NCBI GenBank assembly: GCA_963786205.1
Contig: CAWAYG010000005.1
Span: forward strand, 1,082,826-1,146,825
Direction: 5' to 3'
Source of the DNA: an uncultured Acidobacteriota bacterium
Lineage (GTDB): Bacteria > Acidobacteriota > Terriglobia > Acidiferrales > UBA7541
Length of the DNA stretch: 64,000 nt
Part shown: piece by piece, positions 29,106 to 39,630 of the stretch
How the letters are laid out: each line of letters begins with the position of its first letter
Numbering within the stretch: the stretch's first letter is position 1
Position numbers and translations under genes: made by a program
The notes under the pieces: generated by a model
Seen by the model: only the letters and a program-made list of their open reading frames with translations
Database searches by the model: none
Told to the model about the DNA's origin: nothing

Positions 29106-29130
29106 CGTAGGGGCACGGCATGCCGTGCCC
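29106..29130. repeat. perfect 20-nt palindrome in the accB-accC spacer (CGTAGGGGC-hairpin family)
   Basis: GGGCACGGCA|TGCCGTGCCC (29111-29130) preceded by CGTAG. The same CGTAGGGGC-plus-hairpin design recurs at 33102-33128 and, inverted, at 43071-43096. Confidence 0.7.
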
Positions 29131-29169
29131 GCTGTTCGTAACCGGCGCTTTGAATTTTCTCCGAGGCCC

Positions 29170-30519
29170 ATGTTCCGAAAAATCCTAATCGCCAATCGCG
29201 GCGAAATCGCCCTGCGCATCCTCTCCGCCTGCCGTGAACTCGGCGTAAAAACCGTCGCCGTCTATTCCGAGGCCGACCGCAACTCGCTGCACGTCCGCTT
29301 CGCCGACGAAGCGATCTGCATCGGCCCGCCGCGCAGCAGCGAAAGCTACCTCAACATTCCGCAAGTAATCAGCGCCGCCGAAATCGCCAACGTGGACGCC
29401 ATCCACCCCGGCTACGGCTTCCTCTCGGAAAACGCCAATTTCGCCGAAGTCTGCGAAGCTTCCCACATCACCTTCATCGGCCCCGCGCCAGACGCCATCC
29501 GCCTGATGGGCGAAAAAGACAAAGCACGCGAAGCCATGGCCGCCGCCGGTCTCCCCATAATTCCCGGCAGCGCCGGCGTCGTTCCCGACGAGGACGCCGC
29601 CAAGAAAATCGCCGCAGAAATCGGCTACCCAGTAATGATCAAAGCCGCCGAAGGCGGTGGCGGACGCGGCATGCGCATCGTGCGTCACGCCCGCGAGCTG
29701 ATTCCCCTGTTTCAAACAGCCAAGGCCGAAGCCCAGCAAGCCTTCGGCAGCCCCAACGTGTATATCGAAAAATTAATCGAGCACCCGCGCCACATCGAAT
29801 TCCAGGTTCTCGGCGATAAGCACGGCAACGTAGTCCACCTGGGCGAACGCGAATGCTCCCTGCAACGCCGCCACCAGAAAGTCCTGGAAGAATCGCCCTC
29901 GTTAGCGATGGACGCCGCCACGCGCAAACGCATCGGCAAACAAGTAGTCGACGCGCTGAAAAAACTAGGCTACTCCAGTGCCGGCACCGTCGAATTCCTG
30001 CGCGAAGAATCCGGCAACCTCTTCTTCATCGAAATGAACGCGCGCATTCAGGTCGAACATCCCGTCACTGAAATGGTCACCGGCGTCGACCTGGTAAAAT
30101 CGCAAATCCGCGTAGCCGCCGGCGAAAAACTCACCGACCTCCTAGGCCCGATCGAATTTCGCGGCCACGCAATCGAATGCCGCGTCAATGCCGAAGACCC
30201 CGAAACCTTCGTCCCCAGCGCCGGACGCATCACTGCGTTCCGCGTGCCCGGAGGCCCGGGCATAAGAGTGGACACGGCAAGCTATTCCGACGCCGTAATT
30301 CCACCCTACTACGATTCCCTGATCGCGAAGATAATCGCCCACGGCAATGACCGCGCCGAAGCCATAGCCCGCATGAATTGCGCCCTCGACGGCTTCGTGG
30401 TCGAAGGTATCAAAACCACCATCCCGCTCCACAAAAAAATTCTAGCCGACAAAGATTTCATAGCCGGCAAATTCGACACCCACTTTCTCGATCGCGCCCT
30501 AGCAGTAGCAGCCAAGTAA
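29170..30519 (+). CDS. accC: acetyl-CoA carboxylase biotin carboxylase subunit
   Basis: [17 protein letters not shown] is a typical AccC N-terminus, and ATP-grasp motifs are present throughout. I prefer the ATG at 29170 over the GTG at 29125, which lies inside the palindrome. Confidence 0.95.
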   Translation: MFRKILIANRGEIALRILSACRELGVKTVAVYSEADRNSLHVRFADEAICIGPPRSSESYLNIPQVISAAEIANVDAIHPGYGFLSENANFAEVCEASHITFIGPAPDAIRLMGEKDKAREAMAAAGLPIIPGSAGVVPDEDAAKKIAAEIGYPVMIKAAEGGGGRGMRIVRHARELIPLFQTAKAEAQQAFGSPNVYIEKLIEHPRHIEFQVLGDKHGNVVHLGERECSLQRRHQKVLEESPSLAMDAATRKRIGKQVVDALKKLGYSSAGTVEFLREESGNLFFIEMNARIQVEHPVTEMVTGVDLVKSQIRVAAGEKLTDLLGPIEFRGHAIECRVNAEDPETFVPSAGRITAFRVPGGPGIRVDTASYSDAVIPPYYDSLIAKIIAHGNDRAEAIARMNCALDGFVVEGIKTTIPLHKKILADKDFIAGKFDTHFLDRALAVAAK

Positions 30520-30635
30520 TTCGCAACTGCGGTTGCCTCTGACGATGTAGCGGTCGCCGTGTCCCGCGCCTCTCGGGACACAGCGGGCATCTTGGTTTGG
30601 TTCTGAATCTGTGTTCCACTGCGACTGAGGCTCAC

Positions 30636-31280
30636 ATGTTTCCCGCCCTCTACGCCATCCTCGACGCCACACCCAACCAACCCGCTGACGCGCTCCTGTC
30701 CCTCGCCGATAAACTCGCCGACGCCGGCGTCCAACTGGTCCAACTCCGCGCCAAACACATACCCCCGCGCCAATTCCAGGAAATCGCAAACGCCCTGATC
30801 ACCGCCGCTCCGGCCAACCTCAAAATCATAATCAACGATCGCCCCGACATCGCCAGCATCGCAAAAGCAGCAGGCGTCCACGTAGGCCAGGAAGATCTCC
30901 CGGTAGAAGCAGCCCGCCAAATCTGTCCGAGCCCACAATGGGTTGGAATTTCGACACACAATCTCGAACAACTCCGCGCCGCCAATGACACTTCGGCGGA
31001 CTATATAGCCGTGGGCCCCATCTACCCGACAGCCACCAAAGAAAATCCCGACCCGGTAGTAGGCCTCGACCTAATCCGCGCAGCCAGAAAACTGACGCGC
31101 AAGCCCCTGGTAGCCATCGGCGGCATCACCATAAACTCCGCCAACGAAGTCTTCCGCGCTGGCGCCGATTCCGTAGCCATAATCAGCGACCTGCGAAACG
31201 CGCCCGACCCAGCCCAACGCGCCCGCGAATATCTAGCCGTGGCAGCGCAAGCCATCGCCGCGCGCAGCGCGAGAACGTGA
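30636..31280 (+). CDS. thiE: thiamine-phosphate synthase
   Basis: MFPALYAILD..., LVQLRAKH, INDRPDIA, GISTHN and YIAVGPIYPTATK are ThiE motifs. Confidence 0.85.
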   Translation: MFPALYAILDATPNQPADALLSLADKLADAGVQLVQLRAKHIPPRQFQEIANALITAAPANLKIIINDRPDIASIAKAAGVHVGQEDLPVEAARQICPSPQWVGISTHNLEQLRAANDTSADYIAVGPIYPTATKENPDPVVGLDLIRAARKLTRKPLVAIGGITINSANEVFRAGADSVAIISDLRNAPDPAQRAREYLAVAAQAIAARSART

Positions 31281-31471
31281 CTCGAATTGGCGCACAGCGA
31301 CGATTTAGTAGTTGCTACCTCGCGGCTCTGTGCTATTTTGCATCCGCGTTTGCCGCAGGCCATATTGGTCTGCGCTTGAATGATCAGCGCCGTTATCTGC
31401 GTTAATCAGTGTTCATCAGTGGTGCCTTTGACTTTCTGCCAAAGCGCCAAACCAACGGAGGGACGGACCGC

Positions 31472-33070
31472 ATGAGCAACCCGCTGTTCAAAAAGAAGCC
31501 CATGGATATGCTGCTGCGCGAAGCGGCGGACACCGGCGAGCACACCCTGAAACGCACGCTCGGCCCGCTCTCGCTCACCGCGCTAGGCGTCGGCGCAGTA
31601 ATCGGCGCCGGAATTTTCGTGATGACCGGCCTCGGCGCCACCTACGCCGGACCAGCGCTCACCATATCCTTCATCGTTTCGGGTTTCGGATGCGTCCTGG
31701 CGGGTTTGTGCTACGCGGAATTCGCCGCGATGATTCCGCTGGCGGGAAGCGCGTACACCTACGCGTACGCCGCGCTGGGAGAACTGCTAGCCTGGATCAT
31801 CGGCTGGGACCTGACCTTGGAATATGCCATGGGCGCCAGCACCGTCTCCTCAGGCTGGTCAAACCACTTCGTCGAATTACTCCAGATTTTTCACTTGAAG
31901 ATGCCGCTCTGGCTCGCTTACGACCACTGGACCGCGCTCGCCACCGCGGAAAACATAGTAGCGCGCGCCCAGATCCACGCCGCTGACCCCTCTCTCGGCA
32001 TCACCACGAAATTGTTCGTCGAGCGCGTGGCGCAGATTCTCGCCGCGCCCTCGCCGGATCTGCTCCGCCAAGCGCATGATCTTGTCGGCGCGCCGCGCAT
32101 TTTCGGTTTCGACTTTGGCTTCAACCTGCCTGCCTTCGTGATCGCGCTCATCATCACCGCCGTCCTGGTGGTGGGCATCAAGGAAAGCGCCAACTTTAAC
32201 GCCACCATCGTGGTCATCAAAGTCGGCGTCGTCCTTTTCGTCATCATCCTGGGTCTGAAGTACGTGGACAGCACAAACATCGGCCACAGCTGGACCGAAT
32301 TCGCGCCCATGGGCGTCGGCGGCATATGGAAAGCCGCCGCCTACATCTTCTTCGCCTACATCGGATTCGACGCCGTTTCCACCACCGCGCAGGAAGCCAA
32401 GAATCCACAACGCGATTTGCCCATCGGCATCATCGCCTCGCTGGTTGCCTGCACCATCCTTTATATCCTCGTGGCATTCGTGCTCACCGGCATGGTGCCT
32501 TGGAAGTCCATCAATATTGAGGCGCCGCTGGCCGTTGCGTTTCTCGATCACGGCCTCAGAACAGCTTCCACCGTAATCACCGCCGGCGCGCTAGCCGGAC
32601 TCACCAGCGTCATGCTCGTGATGTTGCTTGGCCAAACGCGCGTGCTCTACTCCATGGCCAACGACGGCCTGCTCCCGCGCAAATTCTTCGCCGCCATTCA
32701 TCCCAAGTTCCGCACGCCCTACAAAACCACAATCCTCGTCGGCCTGCTGGCCGCGATCGTCGGCAGCATCACCCCTATTGACCAACTCGGCAAAATGGTC
32801 AACATCGGCACGCTGCTAGCCTTCGTGATCGTCTGCATGGCGGTAATCGTTCTGCGCCGCACCAATCCCAATCAGCCTCGCCCATTCCGCACGCCGCTCG
32901 TCCCGCTGATCCCGGCGCTGGGCGTAGCCATCAACGTCTACATGATGGTCAATCTAGGCTGGGTCAACTGGGCCCGCTTGGTCATCTGGCTGGCAATCGG
33001 CCTAATAGTCTATTTCGCCTACAGCCGCCACCATAGCCGCGTCCAACAAATCGATCGCAACTCGATGTAG
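31472..33070 (+). CDS. APC superfamily amino acid permease (cationic amino acid transporter-like)
   Basis: About 530 aa with at least 12 hydrophobic helices. The N-terminal LKRTLGPLSLTALGVGAVIGAGIFV motif is typical. I prefer the ATG at 31472 over the ORF-track start, which lies in a repeat. Confidence 0.85.
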   Translation: MSNPLFKKKPMDMLLREAADTGEHTLKRTLGPLSLTALGVGAVIGAGIFVMTGLGATYAGPALTISFIVSGFGCVLAGLCYAEFAAMIPLAGSAYTYAYAALGELLAWIIGWDLTLEYAMGASTVSSGWSNHFVELLQIFHLKMPLWLAYDHWTALATAENIVARAQIHAADPSLGITTKLFVERVAQILAAPSPDLLRQAHDLVGAPRIFGFDFGFNLPAFVIALIITAVLVVGIKESANFNATIVVIKVGVVLFVIILGLKYVDSTNIGHSWTEFAPMGVGGIWKAAAYIFFAYIGFDAVSTTAQEAKNPQRDLPIGIIASLVACTILYILVAFVLTGMVPWKSINIEAPLAVAFLDHGLRTASTVITAGALAGLTSVMLVMLLGQTRVLYSMANDGLLPRKFFAAIHPKFRTPYKTTILVGLLAAIVGSITPIDQLGKMVNIGTLLAFVIVCMAVIVLRRTNPNQPRPFRTPLVPLIPALGVAINVYMMVNLGWVNWARLVIWLAIGLIVYFAYSRHHSRVQQIDRNSM

Positions 33071-33101
33071 CGCGTTCGAGCAAGATTGCCCCGGGCCGAT
33101 C

Positions 33102-33128
33102 CGTAGGGGCGGGTCTCAGACCCGTCCC
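33102..33128 (+). repeat. CGTAGGGGC-hairpin family repeat
   Basis: CGTAGGGGCGGGTCTCAGACCCGTCCC, an imperfect hairpin (GGGCGGGTC / GACCCGTCC) 32 nt after the permease stop. It may act as a terminator. Confidence 0.55.
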
Positions 33129-33209
33129 GCTTAGATTTACGCCCGCCCTCCGCCCACCTTCCCTAACGCCCACTCCTCAGCTATTCTTCTATCGCTCGAA
33201 ACCAAACCA

Positions 33210-35207
33210 GTGAACCGACTCTCCCCTCGCCGCCTAATCATCTTCCTACGGCACGCCTCGCCGCTGGACATAATCGCGCTCGCAATCATCATCCTCTACG
33301 CACTAGCTCGCGCAGCACTCGCACTAAACGCCAAAATCCCGTTCGCTGGATTCCTCGGCTTCTTAGCCTTCCTCGCAATCGTCTACCTCTTCGTCCGCCT
33401 GATCCCCTGGCTCCGCAACCGCTTCATGTGGACCCTCCGCAATCGCCTGGTCGTCACCTACGTTTTCATCGGAGTAGTCCCAGTAATCCTCCTCCTCTCC
33501 ATGGCCGGCCTGGCCACCTACGGCCTCTACCTCCAACTAGGCGCCCACCTCTTCCACGACGATCTGCAACAACGCATCAACACCATCGCTGCCGATGCCG
33601 ACGCCCTGGCCGGCGCAGTGGAAATGGAAGCAGCCCACGGCGCCGAGCCCACAAACGAAACAATCCTGCAGCGCCCGGGCGTCGCGAATCTAATCGAAGC
33701 GGAACGCCGCGAATGGCCCGATCTCCGCGTCTTCCCCAATCGCGGCCAGCGCCTGATCCAATCTCAATCCGAAGACGGCCAACACTTCGGTGGCCTGGTA
33801 GAAATTGACAAAAAAATCTGGATCGCCGCAGCCGTGCGCAAGAACGGCCCCGCTGGCCCGTTCGATCTAGTAGTCGCGACGCCACTAAACCCCGCGTTCC
33901 TGGACAGCTTCGCCTCCGAATTCGGCCCGATCGCAATCATCCCGCTCCGTCCCGGCAGCGAAAATAATCCTCCCAACATCTCGCTCAATTTCAACGGCCA
34001 CGTCTTCATTCCCGGCGAACAGATCGCCAGCCGCCGCCGCACTCTCGGACCCCCGCAAAACTGGGCCGACGTGCGCATCAACGGCGTCTCCACCATCGAG
34101 CTAGCTCACGTCGGCCCGCAGCCTCCCGACGCGCCCGCTGCCGTCTTCGCGTCCTTCGGCATCCGCGCCTCAGCCCTCAGCCGCCGACTGTTCACTTCGG
34201 TCGGCGACGTCGGCCCCGTGCTGGAAATTCTCCTAATCGCCGCCGCCGTAATTTTCCTGCTTCTCGGCATCGCGGGCCTCGCCACCGGCTTCGTCCTAAC
34301 CCGCACCATCACCACCTCCGTCGATGATCTCTACAAAGCCACGCTCCACGTCCGCCGCGGCGATTTCACCCAGCGCGTCCGCGTTCATCAACGCGACCAG
34401 CTCGGCGCCCTGGGCGAATCCTTCAACGAAATGACCAGCTCCATTGCCGAACTAATCGAAGAACAAAGCAAGCGCCAAAAACTGGAAAACGAAATCGTAA
34501 TCGCCCGCGAAGTTCAGTCGCAGCTTTTCCCACAGGTGCTTCCAACGCTTCCCGGCCTGGAACTCGCCGCCATCTGCCGCCCCGCCCGCGTAGTCAGCGG
34601 CGACTACTACGATTTCATCCGCACCGGCAACAACACAGTAGGCATCGCGCTCGCCGACATCAGCGGTAAAGGCATCTTCGCCGCCCTGCTGATGGCCAGT
34701 CTGCAAGCCACGTTGCGCAGCCACGCCGGCTTCGACGGCCTAACCGGCACAGCCGAGCTAGTAGCGCGCCTGAACAGGCATCTCTTCCGCAACACGTCAG
34801 ACGATCGCTACGCCACATTCTTCTACGCCGTCTACGACGTAGCGGCCCGCACCCTCACTTACACAAATGCCGGACATCTAGCCCCGTTTTTTGTGAATGG
34901 TTCCAACGTGCAGGAACTTAGCGAAGGCGGCACAGTAGTAGGCCTGATCGAAGACTGCAATTTCACCCAAGGCACAATCAAAGTAGAACCCGGCAGCCTC
35001 TTCGTAGCTTTCAGCGACGGCCTGACCGAGCCAGAAAATGTCTACGGCGAAGAATTCGGCGTCCATCGCCTGCGTGAAGAAGTCCTCCGCCAACGCAGCC
35101 TGCATCCGCAACCAATCGCCGAAAACCTAATAGCCGCGGCCGAACAATGGGCCGGCACAGCCGAACAAGCCGACGACATCACAGTCGTAGTAGCCCGCAT
35201 GGGCTAG
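33210..35207 (+). CDS. membrane sensor PP2C-type (SpoIIE/RsbU-like) serine phosphatase with HAMP domain
   Basis: 665 aa with TM helices flanking a roughly 240-aa extracytoplasmic region. A HAMP segment is present (TRTITTSVDDLYKATLHVRRGDFTQRV). PP2C motifs are SGDYYDF, ADISGKG and FSDGLTE. Confidence 0.85.
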   Translation: MNRLSPRRLIIFLRHASPLDIIALAIIILYALARAALALNAKIPFAGFLGFLAFLAIVYLFVRLIPWLRNRFMWTLRNRLVVTYVFIGVVPVILLLSMAGLATYGLYLQLGAHLFHDDLQQRINTIAADADALAGAVEMEAAHGAEPTNETILQRPGVANLIEAERREWPDLRVFPNRGQRLIQSQSEDGQHFGGLVEIDKKIWIAAAVRKNGPAGPFDLVVATPLNPAFLDSFASEFGPIAIIPLRPGSENNPPNISLNFNGHVFIPGEQIASRRRTLGPPQNWADVRINGVSTIELAHVGPQPPDAPAAVFASFGIRASALSRRLFTSVGDVGPVLEILLIAAAVIFLLLGIAGLATGFVLTRTITTSVDDLYKATLHVRRGDFTQRVRVHQRDQLGALGESFNEMTSSIAELIEEQSKRQKLENEIVIAREVQSQLFPQVLPTLPGLELAAICRPARVVSGDYYDFIRTGNNTVGIALADISGKGIFAALLMASLQATLRSHAGFDGLTGTAELVARLNRHLFRNTSDDRYATFFYAVYDVAARTLTYTNAGHLAPFFVNGSNVQELSEGGTVVGLIEDCNFTQGTIKVEPGSLFVAFSDGLTEPENVYGEEFGVHRLREEVLRQRSLHPQPIAENLIAAAEQWAGTAEQADDITVVVARMG

Positions 35208-35250
35208 CCCAGTGATCCGTTGCCATGCGCTCCGCAACTCACCGGGCGCC

Positions 35251-35328
35251 GTCATCCTGAGCGGAGCGAAGGATCTCCATTCGTTTTTCTCGTTGCGCGC
35301 CTTTCTCTGTGGCTCTGTGCCTCTGTGG
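35251..35328 (+). repeat. composite intergenic repeat (GTCATCC-GA-CGGAG core plus CTCTGTG tandem motif)
   Basis: GTCATCCTGAGCGGAGCGAAGGATCTC (35251-35277) shares its first 16 nt (14/16) with the reverse complements of 43021-43044 and 45083-45106. CTTTCTCTGTGGCTCTGTGCCTCTGTGG (35301-35328) belongs to the CAGAG/CTCTG family seen at 53903-53963 and 59327-59377. Confidence 0.6.
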
Positions 35329-35408
35329 CCAATCCTTTCCCCCCACTCACCCGCCCAAATCCCAAAAAAATCCACTATACTTAGCGCACTCTAAACCCAG
35401 GAGCCACC

Positions 35409-36152
35409 GTGCCCTTACGCAATCGCGCCGCACTAATCACCGGCGGCAGCCGAGGTATCGGCAAAGGCATCGCCCAAGGACTAGCCCAGGAAGGCGTCCG
35501 CATCGCCATCTCCTACCGCACAAATAAAACTGCGGCGCAAAACACCCTCCGCACGCTGCAAGCCCAAGGCGCCGAATGCTTCGCGGTAGAAGCCGACGCC
35601 ACCGACCCAGAAAAAGTCCAATTCCTAATGGACGCCGTCCTCGAACGCTTCGGCCGCCTGGACATCCTCGTCAACAACGTCGGCGAATTTAACTGGAAAC
35701 TAGTAGCCGACACGAGCGCCGACGAATGGCAAAAAGTAATCGCCTCCAATCTCTACAGCGTCTTCCACGCCAGCAAAGCCGCATTACCAGCCATGCGCCG
35801 CCAGCACTGGGGCCGCATCATCAATCTAGGAGCCGTCGGCGCCGAACGCGCCTTCGGGCAGGGAACTATCTCAGCCTACGCCGCTGCCAAGGCCGCGGTC
35901 GTTTCCTTCTCCCGTTCGCTCGCCATCGAAGAAGCCAAAGCTGGCATCACCGTCAACGTAATCAACCCCTCCAACATCGACGAACGCGAGTTAACCGCCG
36001 ACGAGGCCCGCCGCATCCGCGACGCCCGCTCCCCCATGGGCCGCCCCCCCAGCTCCGAAGACGTAACCGCCGCCGTAAAATTCTTCGCCTCCGACACCGC
36101 CGACTACATCACCGGCCAGGTCATCAACGTAACCGGCGGCTGGATGCTGTAG
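35409..36152 (+). CDS. SDR family oxidoreductase (FabG-like)
   Basis: 247 aa, GTG start, with TGGSRGIGKGIA (cofactor site), NNVG and YAAAKAA (YxxxK). Confidence 0.85.
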   Translation: MPLRNRAALITGGSRGIGKGIAQGLAQEGVRIAISYRTNKTAAQNTLRTLQAQGAECFAVEADATDPEKVQFLMDAVLERFGRLDILVNNVGEFNWKLVADTSADEWQKVIASNLYSVFHASKAALPAMRRQHWGRIINLGAVGAERAFGQGTISAYAAAKAAVVSFSRSLAIEEAKAGITVNVINPSNIDERELTADEARRIRDARSPMGRPPSSEDVTAAVKFFASDTADYITGQVINVTGGWML

Positions 36153-36292
36153 CGGAGTTAGCGTAGGCCTGCCCGCCGCGAGAATCGCCAACCGGAGTAA
36201 GAGTTCGATGCGACGGCTGTAGAGACGCTGCATCTAAACCCGCACCCTTCAAGAACCGAAGGGATGCGGCACCTGGCTTTACAGGAGCCTGA

Positions 36293-37336
36293 ATGCAGAT
36301 TGGTATCGATAGTTTCGCGGCAGCCATCTCCGATCCCGCCACCGGTCTAACGCTCGCCCCCGTCGAGCGCATGCACCACCTCCTCGAAGAGATCGAGCTG
36401 GCCGATCGCGTCGGCCTGGACGTCTTCGGCATCGGCGAACATCACCGCGCGGAATTCCTGGACTCAGCTCCCGTCGTCATCCTCTCCGCCGCCGCCGCAC
36501 GCACGCAGAAAATTCGCCTCACCAGCGCCGTCACCGTTCTCAGCGCCGCCGATCCTGTTCGCGTCTTTCAGGAATTCGCCACGCTCGACCTCATCTCCCG
36601 GGGCCGCGCCGAAATTGTCGCTGGTCGCGGTTCGTTCATCGAGTCCTACCCGCTCTTCGGCCTGCGTCTGGGAGATTACGATTCGCTCTTCGCTGAGAAA
36701 CTCGATCTGCTCTTAGCAATTCGCGCTAGCACGGAAGTCCACTGGTCCGGTGAACATCGCCCCGCCCTCACCGGCCAATCCATCTACCCTCGCCCGCTGC
36801 AAAATCCGCTGCCCATATGGGTCGGTGTAGGCGGCACGCCCGAATCATTCGTTCGCGCCGGCATGCTCGGACTTCCTCTCATGGTCGCGATCATCGGCGG
36901 CGAGCCCATCCGTTTCCGCCCCCTCGTTGATCTCTACCGCGAAGCCGGACGTCGCGCCGGACATTCTCCCCAGCAACTCACCGTCGGTCTTCATTCCATC
37001 GGCTTTCTGGCAGACACTACCGACGAAGCCGCGGAAACTTTCTTTCCAGGCTATGCGCACACTTTTACCGAAATCGGCAAGGAACGCGGCTGGCCCGCCA
37101 CCACTCGCGCCCAATTCGATGCGCAGCGCGGACCGACAGGCGCGCTCCTGATCGGTGACGCCAAAACGGTGGCAAAAAAAATCCTTTATGTAAACGAAGC
37201 TCTCGGTGGCATCTCTCGCATCACTTTCCAAATGGGCGTCTCCACCCTCCCCCATCAGAAAATGTTGCACGCCATAGAAATCCTCGGCACCCAGGTCGCT
37301 CCCATCGTGAATCGCGCACAGCGCGATTCACCCTGA
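36293..37336 (+). CDS. LLM class (luciferase-like) flavin-dependent oxidoreductase
   Basis: 347 aa. MQIGIDSF..., [11 protein letters not shown] and LTSAVTVLS are typical of luciferase-like monooxygenases. Confidence 0.8.
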   Translation: MQIGIDSFAAAISDPATGLTLAPVERMHHLLEEIELADRVGLDVFGIGEHHRAEFLDSAPVVILSAAAARTQKIRLTSAVTVLSAADPVRVFQEFATLDLISRGRAEIVAGRGSFIESYPLFGLRLGDYDSLFAEKLDLLLAIRASTEVHWSGEHRPALTGQSIYPRPLQNPLPIWVGVGGTPESFVRAGMLGLPLMVAIIGGEPIRFRPLVDLYREAGRRAGHSPQQLTVGLHSIGFLADTTDEAAETFFPGYAHTFTEIGKERGWPATTRAQFDAQRGPTGALLIGDAKTVAKKILYVNEALGGISRITFQMGVSTLPHQKMLHAIEILGTQVAPIVNRAQRDSP

Positions 37337-37410
37337 GAATTGGCAGTGCCGGTTCGAAGGGTCAGCCCGCAACGCGCTTCTGTCCTACGATTTTTTCTCC
37401 ATTGAAACTT

Positions 37411-38403
37411 ATGGAGGGCCTGTTCCGTAATAAGCAGTTGGGGGGCGCATCCATGCCAGATCCAGGAACGACAATGCGACATGATCCCCAGACCCCGCCA
37501 GCGGGCTCGACAACCAAGCGAATTTTCATTGGTCCGAATGGCTTGCGCGCGGGATGGCGCCTGCTCATCTTCATGGCGATGATAATGGCCATGTCGGCCG
37601 TAGCGCGAATGATCATTACGCGTTTCTTCCCGGCGGCGCTGGATCCGACGCAACTGACACCTATGAGAATCATCGCGCCGGATCTACTTGTCTGCTGCAT
37701 CTTGGCGGTTGCGGTCTCGATCATGAGCAAGATTGAAGGCCGCAGGCTGGGCCAATATGGCCTTCCCAGGAGCGAAGCGCTGAGGAAAAACTTTTGGGTA
37801 GGAGTATTGATAGGCCTGCTCGCTACCAGCAGTACGGTGCTGGCAATTTTCGCCCTGCATGGCATACGGTTCACAAGTGCGTCGATCCATGGCACCGCGA
37901 TTTTCACTGCAGCGGCCGCCTGGGGGCTGGCATTTTTGCTCGCCGGCTTGGCCGAGGAATTTTTATTTCGCGGATACACGCAGTTCACACTGACGACGGG
38001 CATGGGATTCTGGCCGTCCGCATTTTTGCTCTCGGGTTTATTCGGGCTGGTTCACGGCACCAATGGCGGAGAAACCGTTTTGGGAGATCTGTCGGTGGTT
38101 TCGTTCGGTTTGTTGTTGTGCCTGTTTCTCCGCCGGACCGGAGATTTATGGTGTGCGGTCGGCTTTCACCTGGGATATGACTGGGGTCAGACGTTCCTGT
38201 ACGGTGTTCCCAATAGCGGCTTACTACCCTCCCAGAATCTTCTCATCGCATCGTTTAGTGGGCCGCGCTGGCTGACCGGCGGAACGGTCGGGCCTGAGGC
38301 CAGCATCTTTTGCCCGATCGTCTTGGCCATCGTGGCAATCGTATTCAGCCTGAAATACCGCGACGCGCGATATCGACCGTTGAGTGCGCCGTCAGCTTCC
38401 TGA
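37411..38403 (+). CDS. CPBP family intramembrane glutamic endopeptidase
   Basis: Multi-TM protein with the catalytic motifs LAGLAEEFLFRGY and LSGLFGLVHG plus a later HLGYD. Start uncertain (TTG 37402, ATG 37411 or ATG 37453). Confidence 0.8.
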   Translation: MEGLFRNKQLGGASMPDPGTTMRHDPQTPPAGSTTKRIFIGPNGLRAGWRLLIFMAMIMAMSAVARMIITRFFPAALDPTQLTPMRIIAPDLLVCCILAVAVSIMSKIEGRRLGQYGLPRSEALRKNFWVGVLIGLLATSSTVLAIFALHGIRFTSASIHGTAIFTAAAAWGLAFLLAGLAEEFLFRGYTQFTLTTGMGFWPSAFLLSGLFGLVHGTNGGETVLGDLSVVSFGLLLCLFLRRTGDLWCAVGFHLGYDWGQTFLYGVPNSGLLPSQNLLIASFSGPRWLTGGTVGPEASIFCPIVLAIVAIVFSLKYRDARYRPLSAPSAS

Positions 38404-38506
38404 GTCGAGCCACGGAGAACGCAGAGCAAGGGTCCGCCACCCGCCGAAAAGTGCGTCGTCTATTGGGCTCTTAATTCCGGACACGTAGCCTCCGGTCTTG
38501 CGCTCG

Positions 38507-38558
38507 TACCACGAAGTTATGACGCCAGCGAGCTATGTTAGAATCGCGCCGAATCGAC
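38507..38558 (+). promoter_or_regulatory. promoter-like repeat, copy 1 (upstream of the DUF2934 gene)
   Basis: TACCACGAAGTTATGACGCCAGCGAGCTATGTTAGAATCGCGCCGAATCGAC matches 39631-39682 at about 44/52. It contains TAGAAT (38539-38544), 39 nt before the GTG at 38584. Confidence 0.45.
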
Positions 38559-38583
38559 GCCTAGCCATCGAGGGACAAATACC

Positions 38584-39129
38584 GTGTCCGACACACACCG
38601 GCAATCAGCCGATCAGCACGAGCTGGCGGCGCACGCTCATCGCACAGCCGCCGAACACAATGAAAATGAGAACAACGAGTTGGTAAACTGGCATTTGCAA
38701 CGGGCGATGGAATATTCCGATCACGCCTACAAACTCGCAAAAGACGCCCACTCTAAATCGGGCCAGATGGGGTCGCTTGAGGCGACGCCTGCCCTTCATG
38801 ACACTGAACCTCTTTACCAGAACCGAAAGCAGAACCACAACCGCGCCGCCGAATTACATGACCGTGCCGCAGAAGCCCATCGCGTTGCGCAAAAACATGA
38901 AAAAGGTGATGAGATAACAGGCCAAAAACATTCACACCAGGCGCTGTATCACTCACAAGCGGCTAACGAACTCACTAAAGCGATGGCGTCCGGATATGGC
39001 CTTACGACCTTCGCACACGACGAAATCGCGACCCTCGCCTACGAACTCTGGCAAGCCAGAGGTTGTCCGTACGGATCACCGGAGGAAGATTGGTCGCGTG
39101 CCGAGAGTGAGCTACGCGCCCGCCAATGA
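38584..39129 (+). CDS. DUF2934 domain protein (His/Glu-rich, stress-protein-like)
   Basis: 181 aa, GTG start. The C-terminal IATLAYELWQARGCPYGSPEEDWSRAESELRAR is the DUF2934 motif. The N-terminal part has repeated AAEHxxxAxxH-type helices. Confidence 0.7.
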   Translation: MSDTHRQSADQHELAAHAHRTAAEHNENENNELVNWHLQRAMEYSDHAYKLAKDAHSKSGQMGSLEATPALHDTEPLYQNRKQNHNRAAELHDRAAEAHRVAQKHEKGDEITGQKHSHQALYHSQAANELTKAMASGYGLTTFAHDEIATLAYELWQARGCPYGSPEEDWSRAESELRARQ

Positions 39130-39145
39130 ATACGATAAAGAACTT

Positions 39146-39577
39146 TCAGGAGCGAGCGGCGGCGGCCATAGCAAGCTGCTGCTGCATCGCCAGCTGATCC
39201 CAATTGTCCCAGCCTCGCACAATCTTGCCGTGCTCGATCTGTGCGATTGTAATGCCGGTAATCTTGATTCGCTTATTCGTTGCCGGTAACCCGAGTCCGT
39301 CGCCCGTGTGGGTCATATCCGCAGACCAGCGCACTACCACCTTGTCGTCCGCTCCGAATGTGTCTTCCACTGTAATCTTGATGTCTGGAAACGCGCCGTG
39401 AAGTCGATTGAAAAGGGCCACGAAATCGCGAGGGCCGTGAATCACCTTACCCGGCTCGTCTTGTCCCACGCCAATCGCGTTTTCATGCATCAGATCGTAA
39501 ATAGTTTGAACCCGCGCTTCATTCCAAACCTCTTTGAACCACCGCCGCATCAACACAACATTTTCTTCGACGGACAT
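39146..39577 (-). CDS. SnoaL-like ester cyclase family protein
   Basis: MSVEENVVLMRRWFKEVWNE... plus the C-terminal GKIVRGWDNWD are typical of the ester cyclase/SnoaL fold. I prefer the ATG at 39577. Confidence 0.75.
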   Translation of the reverse strand: MSVEENVVLMRRWFKEVWNEARVQTIYDLMHENAIGVGQDEPGKVIHGPRDFVALFNRLHGAFPDIKITVEDTFGADDKVVVRWSADMTHTGDGLGLPATNKRIKITGITIAQIEHGKIVRGWDNWDQLAMQQQLAMAAAARS

Positions 39578-39630
39578 GCGACACCTTCCTCTCAAGCAAC
39601 ACGTCAGCTCGATGCAATGCAGACTTGGTA

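Noticed and set aside
30520-30635. Possible TPP riboswitch upstream of thiE
   Set aside because: I looked for the conserved CTGAGA ... ACCTGATCTGGATAATGCCAGCG elements and found none. The spacer holds only a GTGTCCCG/CGGGACAC hairpin, more likely an accC terminator or REP-type element.
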